The notes under the pieces were generated by a model. The model was given only the letters and a program-made list of their open reading frames with translations, was not told where the DNA came from and searched no databases. A program made the translations under genes and the position numbers. Shown piece after piece: positions 41,188 through 55,078 of a stretch of DNA of 64,000 nt. Every line of letters starts with the position of its first letter. Position 1 is the first letter of the stretch. The DNA comes from Octopus vulgaris (Eukaryota): contig OX597821.1 of NCBI GenBank assembly GCA_951406725.2, positions 73,098,001 through 73,162,000 of the forward strand. The letters run 5' to 3'.

Positions 41188-41689
41188 GGTGGCTGCCTCC
41201 TCGTTATCGAGTATGGCCATTGCGCGAAGCTTAATCAATGTTGTTATCGTGCAATGCCTGTGCAAGAAGATTTTTTTTTAAGTGAGGAAATGCAGTGTAC
41301 TGAGTCAATCCCACTCACTAAGCAACAACAGCCATAATCCGCCGCAGGTTTTATGTCGGAGTTATCCCAGTTACCTGAGTTACCTTCTCCTAGAAGGATG
41401 CCCTAACAAAGGCTAGTAGTCCTTCACTCCTAATGGTTTAACCGCGCGATCGGGTGTTCAGTCCGATTATTTCTATGTCCCTGCGCATGATACAACCTTA
41501 AGACATTTATTGGACGGTCGTTGACTCTCAAGAGTTCCTCCGCCCTTTGACGGATTTTGTTTTTCATCCCGCAGGGTGTCCAATAAACACCCTCCTCACC
41601 AAGCAAGCTTGGTGGGGTTACCGGTTTAGTCGCCGACGACCCGACCATGCTACTAGGTTACATGTTACCAGGAGCACTCGAAAGTGACC
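41188..41689 (-). mobile_element. Non-autonomous RTE derivative (5' UTR fused to 3' tail) in a (TACA)n tract
   Basis: Carries the RTE 5'-UTR-like motif gggcatccttctaggagaaggtaactc. Its 3' terminus gccatactcgataacg.gg.ggcagcca.catgtatg is shared with the 30317 LINE. It has no RT-like ORF. Confidence 0.85.
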
Positions 41690-42062
41690 TACATACATAC
41701 ATACATACACACATACATACATACATTCATGCATGCGTATACACCTGTGTGTGAACGTATGTGCCTGATTGTGTTAGTATTTATGCCTTTATGTAGATAC
41801 ATCAGAAGTGAATATGTCATCGCTTAATGTAGATTAGTGAGTTAACAAATTATTTTGTTTTCTGCCGTTTATTTTGCTGTCTCTCTGTTTGCTAATGACG
41901 TGCAGAAGAGAAACCCATCTTATAACAGTATCAAACTACACTGTCACTTATGTGACAATACGGCAGCATTTTCGAACAAACATGAAACAGTATATCATTC
42001 CTTAATTGACGTATGTTTTTGTCTCCTCTCAACATACATACATACATACATACATACATACA

Positions 42063-42098
<36 letters not shown>

Positions 42099-42673
42099 TA
42101 TACATGCATATATGCATTCGCACATATATTCACATACATATATATGTATATATCTGTGTATGTAAATATATGTGCATGTATGTATGCATGCGTGTATGTG
42201 TAGGCATATGTGTTTGTATGTACAAGTGTACACGTACAGACCATCACAACACAAACTACATCTTTGCATGTTTCTTCTGATTTATTTCTCAAACCAAATG
42301 CATCGACCTGGCTCCATTCTTACACATTATCTCTGCCTATCTTCCACATTCTTAACGCGGTCCCAATCTTTAATATTAAAGTATGATTAGATTCGTTATA
42401 CTCTGCTAAAGGTAAACGAATAAAAAATGGGTTTTCTGTTTGTCTTATTAGTATTGTTTGCATTATTTTTTTTAACCAAAACATTGGGGAAAAATAGAAA
42501 TGATTAATAAGAAAGAAAGGGAAAAAATGATATTTGATTGGGTGTAAATCATTTATTTCCCTTCTGCTAGAGTTGAAGCAATACATGCACGTCTACATAC
42601 ACACATTCACATATATCTACATGTCTAACTATGTATTTATATATATACACGTATTACATATCTAACTTTATAC

Positions 42674-42734
<61 letters not shown>

Positions 42735-43191
42735 CATGTATGTATATATGACGTTGCTTATACTTGAGGATTACTTTTCTTTTTGTTGAACACTGTGTTA
42801 TTGTTCCTCCTTTCTGTACTGTAAGCAAATCAATGGAAGGAGAAAAGAAAAAGAAAAAGAAAGAAATGGAAAACAGCAGACGACAGAATATCGGGCTAAT
42901 GAGATAAACAAACAAACAGATAAAATGAAGAAAACAGAGGGGGAAAAAAGGAAGCAAAACTTGTCGTGGTGAGACGATTAACAGAAGAGAATGTTCGATA
43001 GAATTGAGAGTTTTTCGTAACGTTATTTTTTTTTGATGCTATAATATATTATTTAAATTATTTGTTTATATTTCGATTATGCAGACTGTTTTTGTTACTG
43101 TATACCATCAGATATTTTCTTATGTTATCAACTAAACATATATCTACATTATCCAAGTAATACATATATATAATTACATACGTGTACATAT

Positions 43192-43428
43192 ATGAAGGTG
43201 TGCGTCCCAGTGGTTAGTCTGTTGTACTCACAATCGGGAGACCATGCAGTCGATTCCAAGACCGGATGGTGCGTTGTTTTCTTGAGCAACACACTTAATT
43301 TCACGTTGCTTCAGTCCTCTTTCGATCAGCCGGGTCGCGGCATTCGAAGGCTAAAACGATGCAAAGTGCATTGTGACCAGCAATGTGTAACAACATTTGA
43401 TAGACTAGTCGGTCACGTGATCACGTGA

Positions 43429-43430
<2 letters not shown>
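43192..43430 (+). mobile_element. CORE-like SINE, head H2 + third tail T3
   Basis: Reads cccagtggttag..ttcttgagcaacacacttaatttcacgttgct. The distinct tail ends ggtcacgtgatcacgtgata and runs into (TATC)n. Confidence 0.75.
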
Positions 43431-43509
<79 letters not shown>

Positions 43510-43511
43510 TG

Positions 43512-43618
<107 letters not shown>

Positions 43619-43619
43619 T

Positions 43620-44210
43620 TACTTGGAAAAGGATGCGTGGCACTCTCCCTCTCTTGTTCTTCATCCTTTCTGGTTTTCTCTCCCAACCTTCCCTATTCTT
43701 TTCCTCTCCTCTTCACTCTTCCTCCTTGACTCTCTCGTCGCTGACACGTGACGAAAAGGAATCTATTTTTCTATTCATTTCCTTCCTAAAGACAAGACGT
43801 GCTTTTACCTGTCTCCTCTCATAAGCTCGTTTTCCTAGCGTTCATAATAATTTTTCTATCGTCTTGTCTTAAGAACCCTCACCGTTTGCTTTTACTGTCT
43901 TGTTCTCACTGTCCTGTTCTTGTTACCACTTTCACCCTCTGCAAAAACTTCCAAATTTTATTTAATTTGTTTTGCGGGAAGCACTGTTTCAACGAAGTCG
44001 CGTCTTGTCCTTCTCTTCGAAACGCGGAGTAGATGAAACAGGGACAACTGATGAAGGGGAATATTCTTTATGTTGCATGTCTCGTTTCTCTGTTTGTTTT
44101 TTCGTTGTTCGAAAAAAAGTTCGTTTTCTATGTTTTTGTTTTTATATTTTCGTTTCTCATTGTGTTCAACGTTTTTTAATGTTCTGTACCCATATATGCA
44201 TGTATATATA
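43620..44210 (+). mobile_element. Probable PLE pseudo-LTR-like repeat
   Basis: Pyrimidine-rich and flanked by TA tracts. It contains gaaacgcg and ctgatgaag pieces. Its 3' part is the reverse complement of 61401-61510. Confidence 0.5.
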
Positions 44211-44342
44211 CATATATATGTAGGTGTACATATATGTATGTATTTATGCATGTATGTATATATATATATATATATATATGAAAATTAACAGAATGAGATA
44301 AAAATCCAAGGCTGTGAACGATTTCAGAATCTTTATAAATAG

Positions 44343-44391
44343 GTTTTACAGCTGTTTTCGGGATATTTTATATATCCCTTCTTCGGAGACG
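44343..44391 (-). ncRNA. Degenerate minimal hammerhead (PLE type)
   Basis: Minus strand reads gtct-CCGAAGA-a-gggatat(ataaaa)atatccc-GAAA-acagctgt-A-aaac. It has a 7-bp stem II, a palindromic stem III and a U4C mutation. Confidence 0.72.
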
Positions 44392-45802
44392 GTGTGAGAA
44401 AATGGTTAAGCAATAGTTATTCTAGATAAGATATGAAATAGAGAGTGAAGTGGCGGAATGAAAATAGACGTGAGATATGCAGGGATATTGTATCTGTAGT
44501 TCCATTATTTAGGCAGAATGGTATACATATGAGATTCCTGTACCTTGTGAGTAAGTTCCAATAGTATTTAAAATTGGTAATTCCAAGCATAGAATTTGTA
44601 AACGGTGTTATTGAATGTGCGTCTATATATACATAGACGTACATACAGACACATACATACACACTCATATTTGCACACGCACACACACATTCGCACACGC
44701 AGACAGAAACATGTGTAGACTAGAAGTAACACCGCTAAGCTCACATTTGTAAGTTCCATTCTGGCCCAGGCGGGGAGCGATATATCCTTGAGCAGGGCAT
44801 CTCAAGCCATGTTATTCCTGTCTACTCATCTAAAAACGAGTGCCATCTGAATCCTGGCGCGGCATCAACGCCACAACATCAGTGTTGCTGTCTTGCTCGG
44901 CTGAAGATCGGAAGGCCCAAGTTTGTGTCTATGTTTGTTCTGCAATTGCAGAGGCACCAAAAACAGTTATGGAAAGCGTGGCACACCTTCTAACTCCTCC
45001 TGTATTGCGAGTGCCTCAGTGGTTTCATATGTGCGTGTATGTATGTGTTTGTGTGGGGGTTTTTTTTGCACATATATGAGTTTGTGAGAGAGGATGCAGC
45101 TATGGCCAAGTTCGGTTTCCGGCCATTAGGTGCCGCGTTTGATCGTTTTGTGTGTGCAGTTACTGAAAACAGCAAAAAAAGTTTATCAACACACTGTCTC
45201 AAAGTACAGATTTGGTAACATCATTTTAAATACGCACTCACACATGCACACGTGTACTTAGCTGCTCTCACTTCCCCGCCTCACTACACAACTACTGCAC
45301 ACACGCATGCGTAGAGCACATCTTATTACATATCATATTCTATTATCTTATGCTCTAACACCTACGTAGACCTGACACTTCATACACACACACAAACACA
45401 TAGACACACTCCTGGACTGTCACACTGGCTAACTGAAATATTGATGGTTGATCACGTGGACAATTTAACAGTTATGTAGATAGGTCGATATAATTATTGA
45501 CTGACTGATACAGTGGCGGAGAGATAAGTATACAACAGTTAAACACAAAGAAACTGTTAGCTTAACATAGAAATGTATAAAATTGAGCGAAACAAAGACT
45601 CATTAATTCATAGTTTAATAGACAAATGACAGGCATAAGAAAAATTGTGAGTGTTTGTGTATGTATGTATGTATGTATGTATGTATGTATGTATGTATGT
45701 ATGTATGTATGTATGTATGTGTGTATGTATGTATGTATGTGTGTATGTATGTATGTATGTATGTATGTATGTATGTATGTATTTGTATGTCTATATTATA
45801 TA

Positions 45803-46207
45803 GGCGCAGGAGTGGCTGTATGGAAAGTAGCTTGTTTACCAGCCACATGGTTCCGGGTTCAGTCCCACTGCGTAGCACCTTAGTCAAGTGTCTTCTACTA
45901 TAGCCTCGGGCCGACCAAAGCCTTGTGAGTGGATTTGGTAGATGGAAACTGGAAGAAGCCCGTCGTATATATGTATATACATGTATGTGTGCGTGTTTGT
46001 GTGTATGTGTTTGTCCCCCTCTCCCCCAACATAGCTTGACAACCGATGCTAGTGTGTTTACGTCCCCGTAACTTAGCAGTTCGGTAAAAGAGCCCGATAG
46101 AATAAGTACTAGGCTTACAAAGAATAAGTCCTGGGGTCGATTTGCTCGACTAAAGGCGGCGCTCCAGCATGGCTGCAGTCAAATGACTGAAACAAGTAAA
46201 AGAATAA
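45803..46207 (+). mobile_element. Full-length SINE family A
   Basis: Near-identical to 23377-23772. Confidence 0.95.
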
Positions 46208-46243
46208 AATTATATATATATGTCTGTGTGTGTGTGTGTGTGC

Positions 46244-46313
<70 letters not shown>

Positions 46314-46773
46314 TTCCGGTGTCGAGGTGTAGGAAGAAAGTTAGCTTCAAGCAATTCGTATAAAAAGCAACTTTCAGGGACAATTGTAGTTTACTGAGAC
46401 GGAAGGTTGCGGGGTTTTTTTCTTTTATCGAAGAATGATGAACTGAAATAAAGTTCTTTTCATATTCCTCGGTAGGCAACCAGGGTTGCCGAGTGTGCAA
46501 AAAAGAAATCAAGAAATACGGAATGGAGTATGGGAAATCAGGGCTACATGTGTTTCATAGCGAATGGAACCTCAGAAGTGGTAAAATCCAAGTGAGGTGT
46601 ATACCACCAGCTACTCTTCAGGTCAAAGATATCTTGAGTAGATTAAAGGCTACATACATATGCGTGTGTATGTGTGTGTTCACACATAAACAGACAAATA
46701 TAGTAATATATTAACTTACACACGAATGACTGTTAGCACGTAGAGGCAGGATCTGTATATATTATATATTATA

Positions 46774-47290
46774 TCTATATATATAAAACTCTAGTTGTGT
46801 GAGTGTCTGTCCCCTTCGATTTAGATTCCTAACTCCTCCCACATTTTGCGGTGCAGTTTAACCAAATTAGGGTATCTTATAGTCGTGATTAATATCGAGC
46901 CCGTCTGGCTATTAGCGCGCGTCTACGATGAGTCTACGATTTTAAAAATAATTTAACATCATTTTTTATTCCATTTTAATGCATAATTTTTCGTGTGTCG
47001 ATGGCGGCGGTGTTGGCGTCCACGCTCAAACACCTGCACCTGTGTTTGCTTCTCCCCCTTCTTCCCTCCCTCGTGAAGCTGTGGGGAAGGGAGTGTAAGC
47101 AAATCAACGTCGTAAAGCGTTGTCAAGGAGACCAGCGTTCTTTTAGAACAACGACTTCATGGCTTGAAGACACCAAAACAGAAATGGCTAAGAAAGCCCG
47201 AATTGGCATCTATAAGGGAAGTAACTCTCTAAAAATGCTTATATAGTTATTTCCCTTACAAACCCGAGCAACGCCGGGCGATACTGCTAG
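46774..47290 (+). mobile_element. Complete non-autonomous Helitron
   Basis: Has 5' TC(tatatatataaaa) and 3' CTAG termini and a subterminal hairpin cccgagcaacgccggg at 47263-47278. It is inserted between A and T with no TSD. Confidence 0.92.
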
Positions 47291-49375
47291 TATTATATAT
47301 TATATATTATATATATTATATTATATACAGATATAATACAAACATACCGACAATTATATTCTCTCCCGCACCTCTTCTTCCTCTCTCTCTCTCTCCTCTT
47401 CCCTCACTTTCTCTCCTCCTTTTCTCCTCTCTCCGCTTCCCTCTTTCGCTTTCTCCATCTCCCCCTAATCTTTTGCTCTTCTTTGTTGCGATCTTTCTCT
47501 TCCACTCTATCTCCCCTCTCTCCTTCCTCTCTCTCTCTCTCTCTCCCTCTTTTTTCCCTTATCCTTACTATCACCCAGGTTGCGTCGCTACTTCTGGTTC
47601 TACTATCTGACTCTCCGACTTCCTTTTTCCTCCATATCTACAATGTAAGCAGACGTCGGTAATTTTGAATCGTCTTATTTCTTTTCCTCTTCCTTATTTC
47701 AATTCTTTTACTGCACATTCATTAATTTATGTATACATACATAATACATACATACATACATACATACATACATACATACATACAGACAGACAGACAGACA
47801 GACATACAGACAGACAGACGAGTGTGCGTGTGTCGGTCTATCAGTCACAAATTCTGTTAGCTAATTTGTCGGCCTGAAGGCTCCATATATTCTTGAGACC
47901 GATTTTCGTAAACTTTTAACAAACGAAAAAACTTTATCGATGAAGCACATTTATCCTTTGATATTTTCCAGGTAATTTAATTTTTTACGGTGAGAGATAT
48001 AATCTGAACAACAAAATAAATTAGTAAAAAAAATAATAATTGCTCTAAAATTGTACAGTTTGTTGAATATAAATATTCTCTGCATTTTTAGTCAAATTCG
48101 ATATCTATAATGAGAATGGAAGAAAATTTTTTCTTTGAGAAATACAATACCGGAGAAAAATTTTCATTGGGAAATCCTGTTATCGATTAAGGCACAATCC
48201 AACCATTGTTTAAACGTAATTTACCACCAATCATCTGAAATACCATCGCAATGTTTCGGATTATTAATTCTATCTTTGTAGATGGATAAATGTTTTAATA
48301 CAGACATCTACACTAATTTCCGATCAGTTTGCTCAGCGGTCGTCCTCGGATGGATTATTCCTAGATTAAAGGATCGATTTCAGAATCGCGAGTGTTTGCA
48401 GTTCGTATCAAACACCGCCATTAACAGAGCCGTATCCATAACAAAGATATGCAGTGTTGAAATAAGTCGGTCAGAGCTAATTGGAAAATGTTATCGTGAA
48501 ATAATAAACGCAAACATTTTGTACATTTTGGGAGCTATGGTTTAACCTTGGGTCAGACATCACTGAGCGGAATTAAAAGCGATCTGTCCACAACCACCCC
48601 GATCTACTTTCAGGTATTCTTGGACAAACCGACTGTCCCAGACTCTGTTTCCCCAGACAGTAATTCTCTACTCGAATATACAACGGTAATAAACTTCAGT
48701 TTCTGTCAGTTTGCGAGGGAAACTTTCTACACGATCGCTCCATTTACTAGAAATAGCTGTCACATCCCTACAATATAAACCTTATTACCCTAAATTTAAA
48801 AGTATACCGTAGATAATGTCGTCATATTCTTTTGTATCTGGGGAGAGTCATTCTCTTTTTGTGCCTTACAACGCAACACACTCACCGGTAAAATTTCCAC
48901 TTATTTCATATTTTTATTCTCCTAAAATTTTCGTTGCGTCTTGCAACCTTTTCAATAGAATCTTGCAAACCAAATCCAAAAAATGCCGTCATATATATAT
49001 AAAAACAACCTGGTGGTTACGGTTGGAACGCCTTTGACCCGAGATCTGATCGATCAGGTTTGAATAAGTAAAAACAACCACTAAATCTTCCAGCATTCTC
49101 TCTACACTGGCTTCTGTTTCACGGTTTTATCGTCGCCAGTTGAATCTTGCCTTCAGTTCAATGAGGTTATCAAAGCAATTTCTTTGCCGTTCCCTAGGAA
49201 TTTAGAAAGGCGTAAATTACATGCACTGAACGACATAATCATGTCTTTATAGAGAATACATTCTATGTTTGGAGATGATCAAATCTGTCTATAAATGTTA
49301 ATTGGGTCACGTGTCTTGCATGACACTCAATGACCTTTTAAGTCTTCCGGAAGCAAGGGGATGTGTGTGTGTACG

Positions 49376-49443
<68 letters not shown>

Positions 49444-49599
49444 GGTCTGCGTGGATGGGTGTACATAGATGTGTGTCTGTTTTCTTCTTTCTTTTAAATT
49501 TAGAGTTCATTTTGACTGGCCTCCTTCTTGATTGCGAGGTTGTGAATGAAAGCATCTTGTTTTGTTCATCGTTCTTTAAATCTTAAGAATTCCTAACAG

Positions 49600-50105
49600 A
49601 TTCTTATTGTCCCCGATATCTTGGCCATTTGCAGCATAGGAATTAACAAGTTGTATTCCTTGCTCAAGAATCTCTAAGTTTAACCCTACCCTAATCCAGG
49701 CGGATTGGTCGTATCTTAAATAATTATGTCTGAAGCTGAGAGTTTATCTTGGTCACTTGACTTGTTCACTTATTATCGATGGTCCATAGATGCTGTCTTT
49801 CTGCCGTATTCTTCTGGTCGCATTGCTGTCCAGTCTATAATCGCATGGGAATTATAGCCTGTCTACATCTCCATTGAAGCTAAGTTTTCCAATATCACCG
49901 TGCAGCTTATGAATTCGTATGTCTGTCCCACTGACCTCTAGCATTGACCAGTTCAGAATGCCAAATGTGAGCGTGAGAATAGGCATTGCAAAAATGATGC
50001 GATCGATATGCTTGTCGTAAGCTGAAAATTCAGACGACCGTATTTTAAAAAACTTTTGGTGGTATGTATTCCTTGAATTCTCCTTCCTGTTGGATCCATC
50101 ATAGC
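49600..50105 (-). mobile_element. RLE-type LINE fragment downstream of the RT core
   Basis: Translation YHQKFFKIRSSEFSAYDK....IFAMPILTLTFGILNWS..E....DIRIHKL......GDVDRL is typical of R4/Dong-like ORFs. Confidence 0.8.
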
Positions 50106-50109
50106 TGAC

Positions 50110-50910
50110 ATTTTCATCGTCTCCAAGAGTTTGGTTGCAGTTTCTATTAGTGTTTGTATTGTGTGTTGTGTGTATAATGCGAGTTGTGCTCTTGTTGGGC
50201 ATCCGCCCTGTAGAGTACATGTTGTGGTGGTTGTTTATTTTATTGGATATTTACTATATAGAGTGTGTCTTGTGGATTGTTTAAGTTGTATTATTGAATT
50301 GATAATGTCTTTATTAGCTAGTCCTAGCAGAGCTATTATTGTGGGGACAGTGTGTAATATTGAGGGTCCAGGTATAACTTTTACGTTTTTGTTCATATGT
50401 TTTTATCATGCTTAATACCCCAGTTATAACTGGTATTGTTTTCACGTTTGTGCCCCACATCTTGAATACTGCAATTTCGTGGTCTTTGTACTTTGACAAT
50501 TTCTACACTTCATTTTGAGCAACATTTTGGTCAGAAGGGAGTGCTATATCTATCAGTAAGCAGGTGTGTTTTTCACAATGCTTGATTACTATGTCTGGGG
50601 GATTAACATTTATTTCTTTGTCAGTTTGAACCGGCATCTCCCAGATGATCGGGGCCTGGTCGTTGTCTTGCACCTTGTTTGGCACATGTTTATAGCATTT
50701 TTTTGTTTTTACGTTGTCGTGTTGGTATATTGTCCAATGGATATAATTACTTACTCGGTCGTGTCTGTATATATATTCAGGTTTGCCAAGGATTCGACAG
50801 CCAAAGATGATGTGGTCAACTGTCTCATTGTGTTGGTTGCACATTCTGCATTTGGTGTTGAGGCCTGTTTTCATTATTTTGTTTTAATAGTTGTTTATGG
50901 TCAGGCGCTA
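50110..50910 (-). mobile_element. 5'-truncated RLE-type (R4/Dong-like) LINE 3' end
   Basis: Has the CCHC knuckle CRMCNQHNETVDHIIFGC, then RHDRV, NPPDIVI..IDIALP and KYKD.EI..MW...TIPVITG. (TAA)n lies at the 5' junction. Confidence 0.93.
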
Positions 50911-50931
50911 GTTATTATTATTATTATTATT

Positions 50932-51180
50932 CAGTAGTTTTATTTTTATAGCGTGCTTTCACTTCACTACCGAGCGCAGCTCTGTGTGCCTTAGGTATGT
51001 GCTGTGATTTGTTGTGATGCTCTGATGGTTATTGTATGGAAAGTGTTCTGCGTAGGATGTGTGCAGTGCCTAGTAGTGCAATTTTCTGTATGTTATATGT
51101 GTTTGTAAGTCCTGATGTTTTTGCTATGTATTTGTCTGAATATTTTTTATCATGCCTAATGCACCTACTATGATAGGAAT
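50932..51180 (-). mobile_element. Extreme 3' end of another R4/Dong-like LINE between (TAA)n tracts
   Basis: Translation IPIIVGALGMIK / YSDKYI....YNIQKIALLGTAHILRRTLSIQ* is followed by a 3' UTR ending in taataataa. Confidence 0.9.
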
Positions 51181-51597
51181 TATTATTATTATTTTTATTA
51201 TTATTATTATTATTATTATTTTTATTGTTATTGTTGTTGTTATTATTATTATCATCATCATCATCATCATCATCATCATTATTATTATTATTACTGGAAA
51301 ATTTCTCTGGTGAATTTAGTATATTAAAAATTGTAAATAAATAGATAATTGCTTACTTTTAATTCGAAAACATAATAAAAATAAAATTTTTATTGATGGG
51401 GTGCAAAATATTTGATCAGAGATTTTTTCCTCTGCTCCGATAATTTTACTTTGATAATGATGTTATCAATCAAACAGCTTCAAATATTAAAGTTCATAAT
51501 ATATTACTTAGCAAAAATGCTGTCAATTTAAGTAAAAAAATAACTTACTATTTAATAATTTCTTTTTTTTTCAGAAATGAATGTGTGTGAAAGAGTT

Positions 51598-51685
<88 letters not shown>

Positions 51686-51971
51686 AGTCTATCTGTTTAT
51701 CTCTCTATCTACCTATCTGTATGTATGTATGTATGTATGTATGTTTATACATATATATATATATATGTGCATGTAGATCTGTCTCTATATATATATGTGC
51801 ATGTAGATCTGTCTCTATATGTTTATCTTTATATATATATATATATATATACATGTAATAATAAAAACATAATAACAATAATAATATATGCACTGGCAGG
51901 CGTGGGTGTATGTGTGCTTGTTATGTGCATATATATGCGTATGTATGCATATATTTATATGTAAATATATG

Positions 51972-52039
<68 letters not shown>

Positions 52040-52464
52040 CATACACGTATATATACATATGTATGTAATATATATATATGCATTTATGTATGTATATCTG
52101 TATGTATGTATGTAGAAATGACTTTTGACATCTTGTCAAATTAATGCTAAATTTGGATATATAATTTATCCTGGGTAATTTTGTATTTAGACGGAGTTAA
52201 GAGAGAAGAATGAGAAGAGAAGGGAGAAAAGGTTCGGAGGAGAAATGGTTAATCTTTCGGAAGGGAATCTTCTACGTCAGTTATACCCGAGTTACATTGG
52301 CAGGAATCTTCTGTTACGGACAAAGTATGAAATGTTGCATACAGAACTTAGTCTTTAACAGTGCATGGAAATTCACATTGACGTGAACCGCCATTATTCG
52401 TAAGCGAGAACTGAAGTTCAATGTTGTTAGGTTGAATGGAAGTGATAATGTATTTATCTAGCTA

Positions 52465-52673
52465 ATAATGTCTTTATTAGCTAGTCCTAGCAGAGCTATT
52501 ATTGTGGGGACAGTATGTAATATTGAGGGTCCAGGTATAACTTTTACGTTTTTGTTCATATGTTTTTATCATGCTTAATACCCCAATTATAACTGGTATT
52601 GTTTTCACGTTTATGCCCCCACATCTTGAATACTGCAATTTCGTGGTCTTTGTACTTTTACAATTTCTACACT
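52465..52673. repeat. Local about 208-bp duplicate of 50302-50509
   Basis: Near-identical direct copy with only a few substitutions. Confidence 0.95.
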
Positions 52674-52750
52674 CAATGGTTTCCTTGCTACTATTCAGTT
52701 GACAAAAAGTATTCCTCTAATCTCTCTCTCTCTATTATCTATCTATATAC

Positions 52751-52836
<86 letters not shown>

Positions 52837-52845
52837 CTCTATCTC

Positions 52846-52891
<46 letters not shown>

Positions 52892-53008
52892 AATCTATCT
52901 ATCTATCTATTCGAAACAAAGAATGATTGAAGAACGGCATACCTTACAGGTGTATTATAATAATTATTATATTGGTGATGTAGATGCATACATACATACG
53001 TGTGTATG

Positions 53009-53084
<76 letters not shown>

Positions 53085-53233
53085 CATATATACATATATA
53101 TATATTTATATATATTTATATATATGTTGACAACCATATACACACAAATATATTCAAACATATATGAGTATATATACAAACGTGCATATGTACGTATGAG
53201 TTCCTATATAAATATATATTTATAGGTGTGTAG

Positions 53234-53294
<61 letters not shown>

Positions 53295-54258
53295 TCTTGT
53301 TTGCTTTTACAGTCTTCATGCCAAAAGCAAGTCATTGTTTTACTGTAATAAATGAAATATCCATTCTCCTTAAGTCGTAGTTCGCGAAATAATAGACATT
53401 TGAAGAGTGCTTTTTCCCACCATCTTTGTATAGAATAAATGGATGACTTATTGGATGAGTTTTCTTTCGTGGAATCCAAGATGCTAGAAATAATCAAGGA
53501 GATTATCCAAGAATATAAAAAGTTAAAAACATCAGCAAAACCTCTAAGCACACAATTGAATGATTCTAAAAGATCTGTACGAAATGCGCAATTAATTATT
53601 ATACCAAGAATAACTGTGAAAACAAAAATGTTTGATGCGTACTCGAATTAGAAGTGAAGAGCATTTAACGAAGAATAAATTCGTCGCTCTGTTGTTTTAT
53701 TAATCACTGATGCAGTGATGTTGCCATCTGCATAATTACATAACGGATTGTCAAAAGATCTTTAATGTAGGTGTGCATGGTTTGTACTTTTTGATTCCAT
53801 ATCTATGCAGAAAATGGAGTGTAATACAAGCAATAGTTTATTTCTATCTTACAAAATGTGGTGTTTTGCGCTGTTGTCAAATATTATTATTGGCTTTTGG
53901 TTGTGTCACTCTACATTCTTGTTTCAAATCCGACCGAGGTCGAACGCTGTCATCATGGGGTCGTTAAAACAAAATATGAGTTAACAGTTCAGTATCGATT
54001 TAAGCAAGTTTTCTCTTTCCCCGAAAAGTTTCAGTCTATATACCTGTGATATACGGTGTAATCTTACCTGTGACCAGTTCGCAGTTTCGAGCGACGAAAA
54101 TTTTGACATCGTACGGCAAATAATGTTTAAGTGAAGTCAACAGTGTTTGTGGGTTGTTGAACGGTTTATCAAACTCAGGACGCGCGCACACGCACAAACA
54201 CACACACACACACAACACACACACACACAGACATACACACACAAACATACGTGCACAT

Positions 54259-54300
<42 letters not shown>

Positions 54301-54334
54301 TGTGCGTATATATATATATATATATAGTTTGTGC

Positions 54335-54371
<37 letters not shown>

Positions 54372-54394
54372 AACTTTTATATACATATATAAAA

Positions 54395-54438
<44 letters not shown>

Positions 54439-54536
54439 CAGGTAATATTTATTTTCCACTCAAAGTGGAAGTTGTGTTATAACACTTTAAGTGGAAGATA
54501 AATATTACCTTTTGGTATTAATACCGCCTCTTTCAC

Positions 54537-54568
<32 letters not shown>

Positions 54569-55023
54569 AAACCATGCGCATACATTTGAACTCTTTTGTT
54601 ACTGTGAGTTTTTTTTTTTTTCGTTGTTTCCCTCCAATCTCTGAATGTCTGCTTTCTGAAAATCACCTGCCCAGGCGACGCAGGATATTCTCAAAAGATT
54701 AATCAGGCAAACGATTATAATTAAGATTTTCGAACATCGACGATATTCTGACTCTCCAGATGCAAAGAAGCGAAAGAGAGAAATCCAGAGAACCTACCTA
54801 AGCAAACAGACAAATAGATGTATTGTCTCAAGAACAGACGCAAAAAATTTAAACGCACACACACACATACACACACATACGCATGCGCACACAAGCCGAA
54901 CGTAGACACGTATGTTGTGTATATATGCATGTGTGCGCCCATCAGAGTATGTATGCAGTTATTTGTGTGTGTGAGTGTACAGAGACAGGGAGATGCGTGT
55001 ATGTACATATATGTGTGTGTGTG

Positions 55024-55078
<55 letters not shown>

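Noticed and set aside
41440-41689. HDV-like ribozyme at the RTE-derived 5' end
   Set aside because: Hairpins are present, but I could not build the nested double pseudoknot by eye. A covariance search is needed.
44000-44070. Complete hammerhead around ctgatga at 44048
   Set aside because: A possible stem I (ttgtcc/ggacaa) exists, but I could not place a stem II partner followed by GAAA in a valid topology.
51555-51600. Strong acceptor-like site ttttttttcag
   Set aside because: It is followed almost immediately by microsatellite, with no credible donor.
53439-53651. 70-aa coiled-coil-like ORF
   Set aside because: It is short, has no recognisable homology and only weak splice context, so it is compatible with chance.
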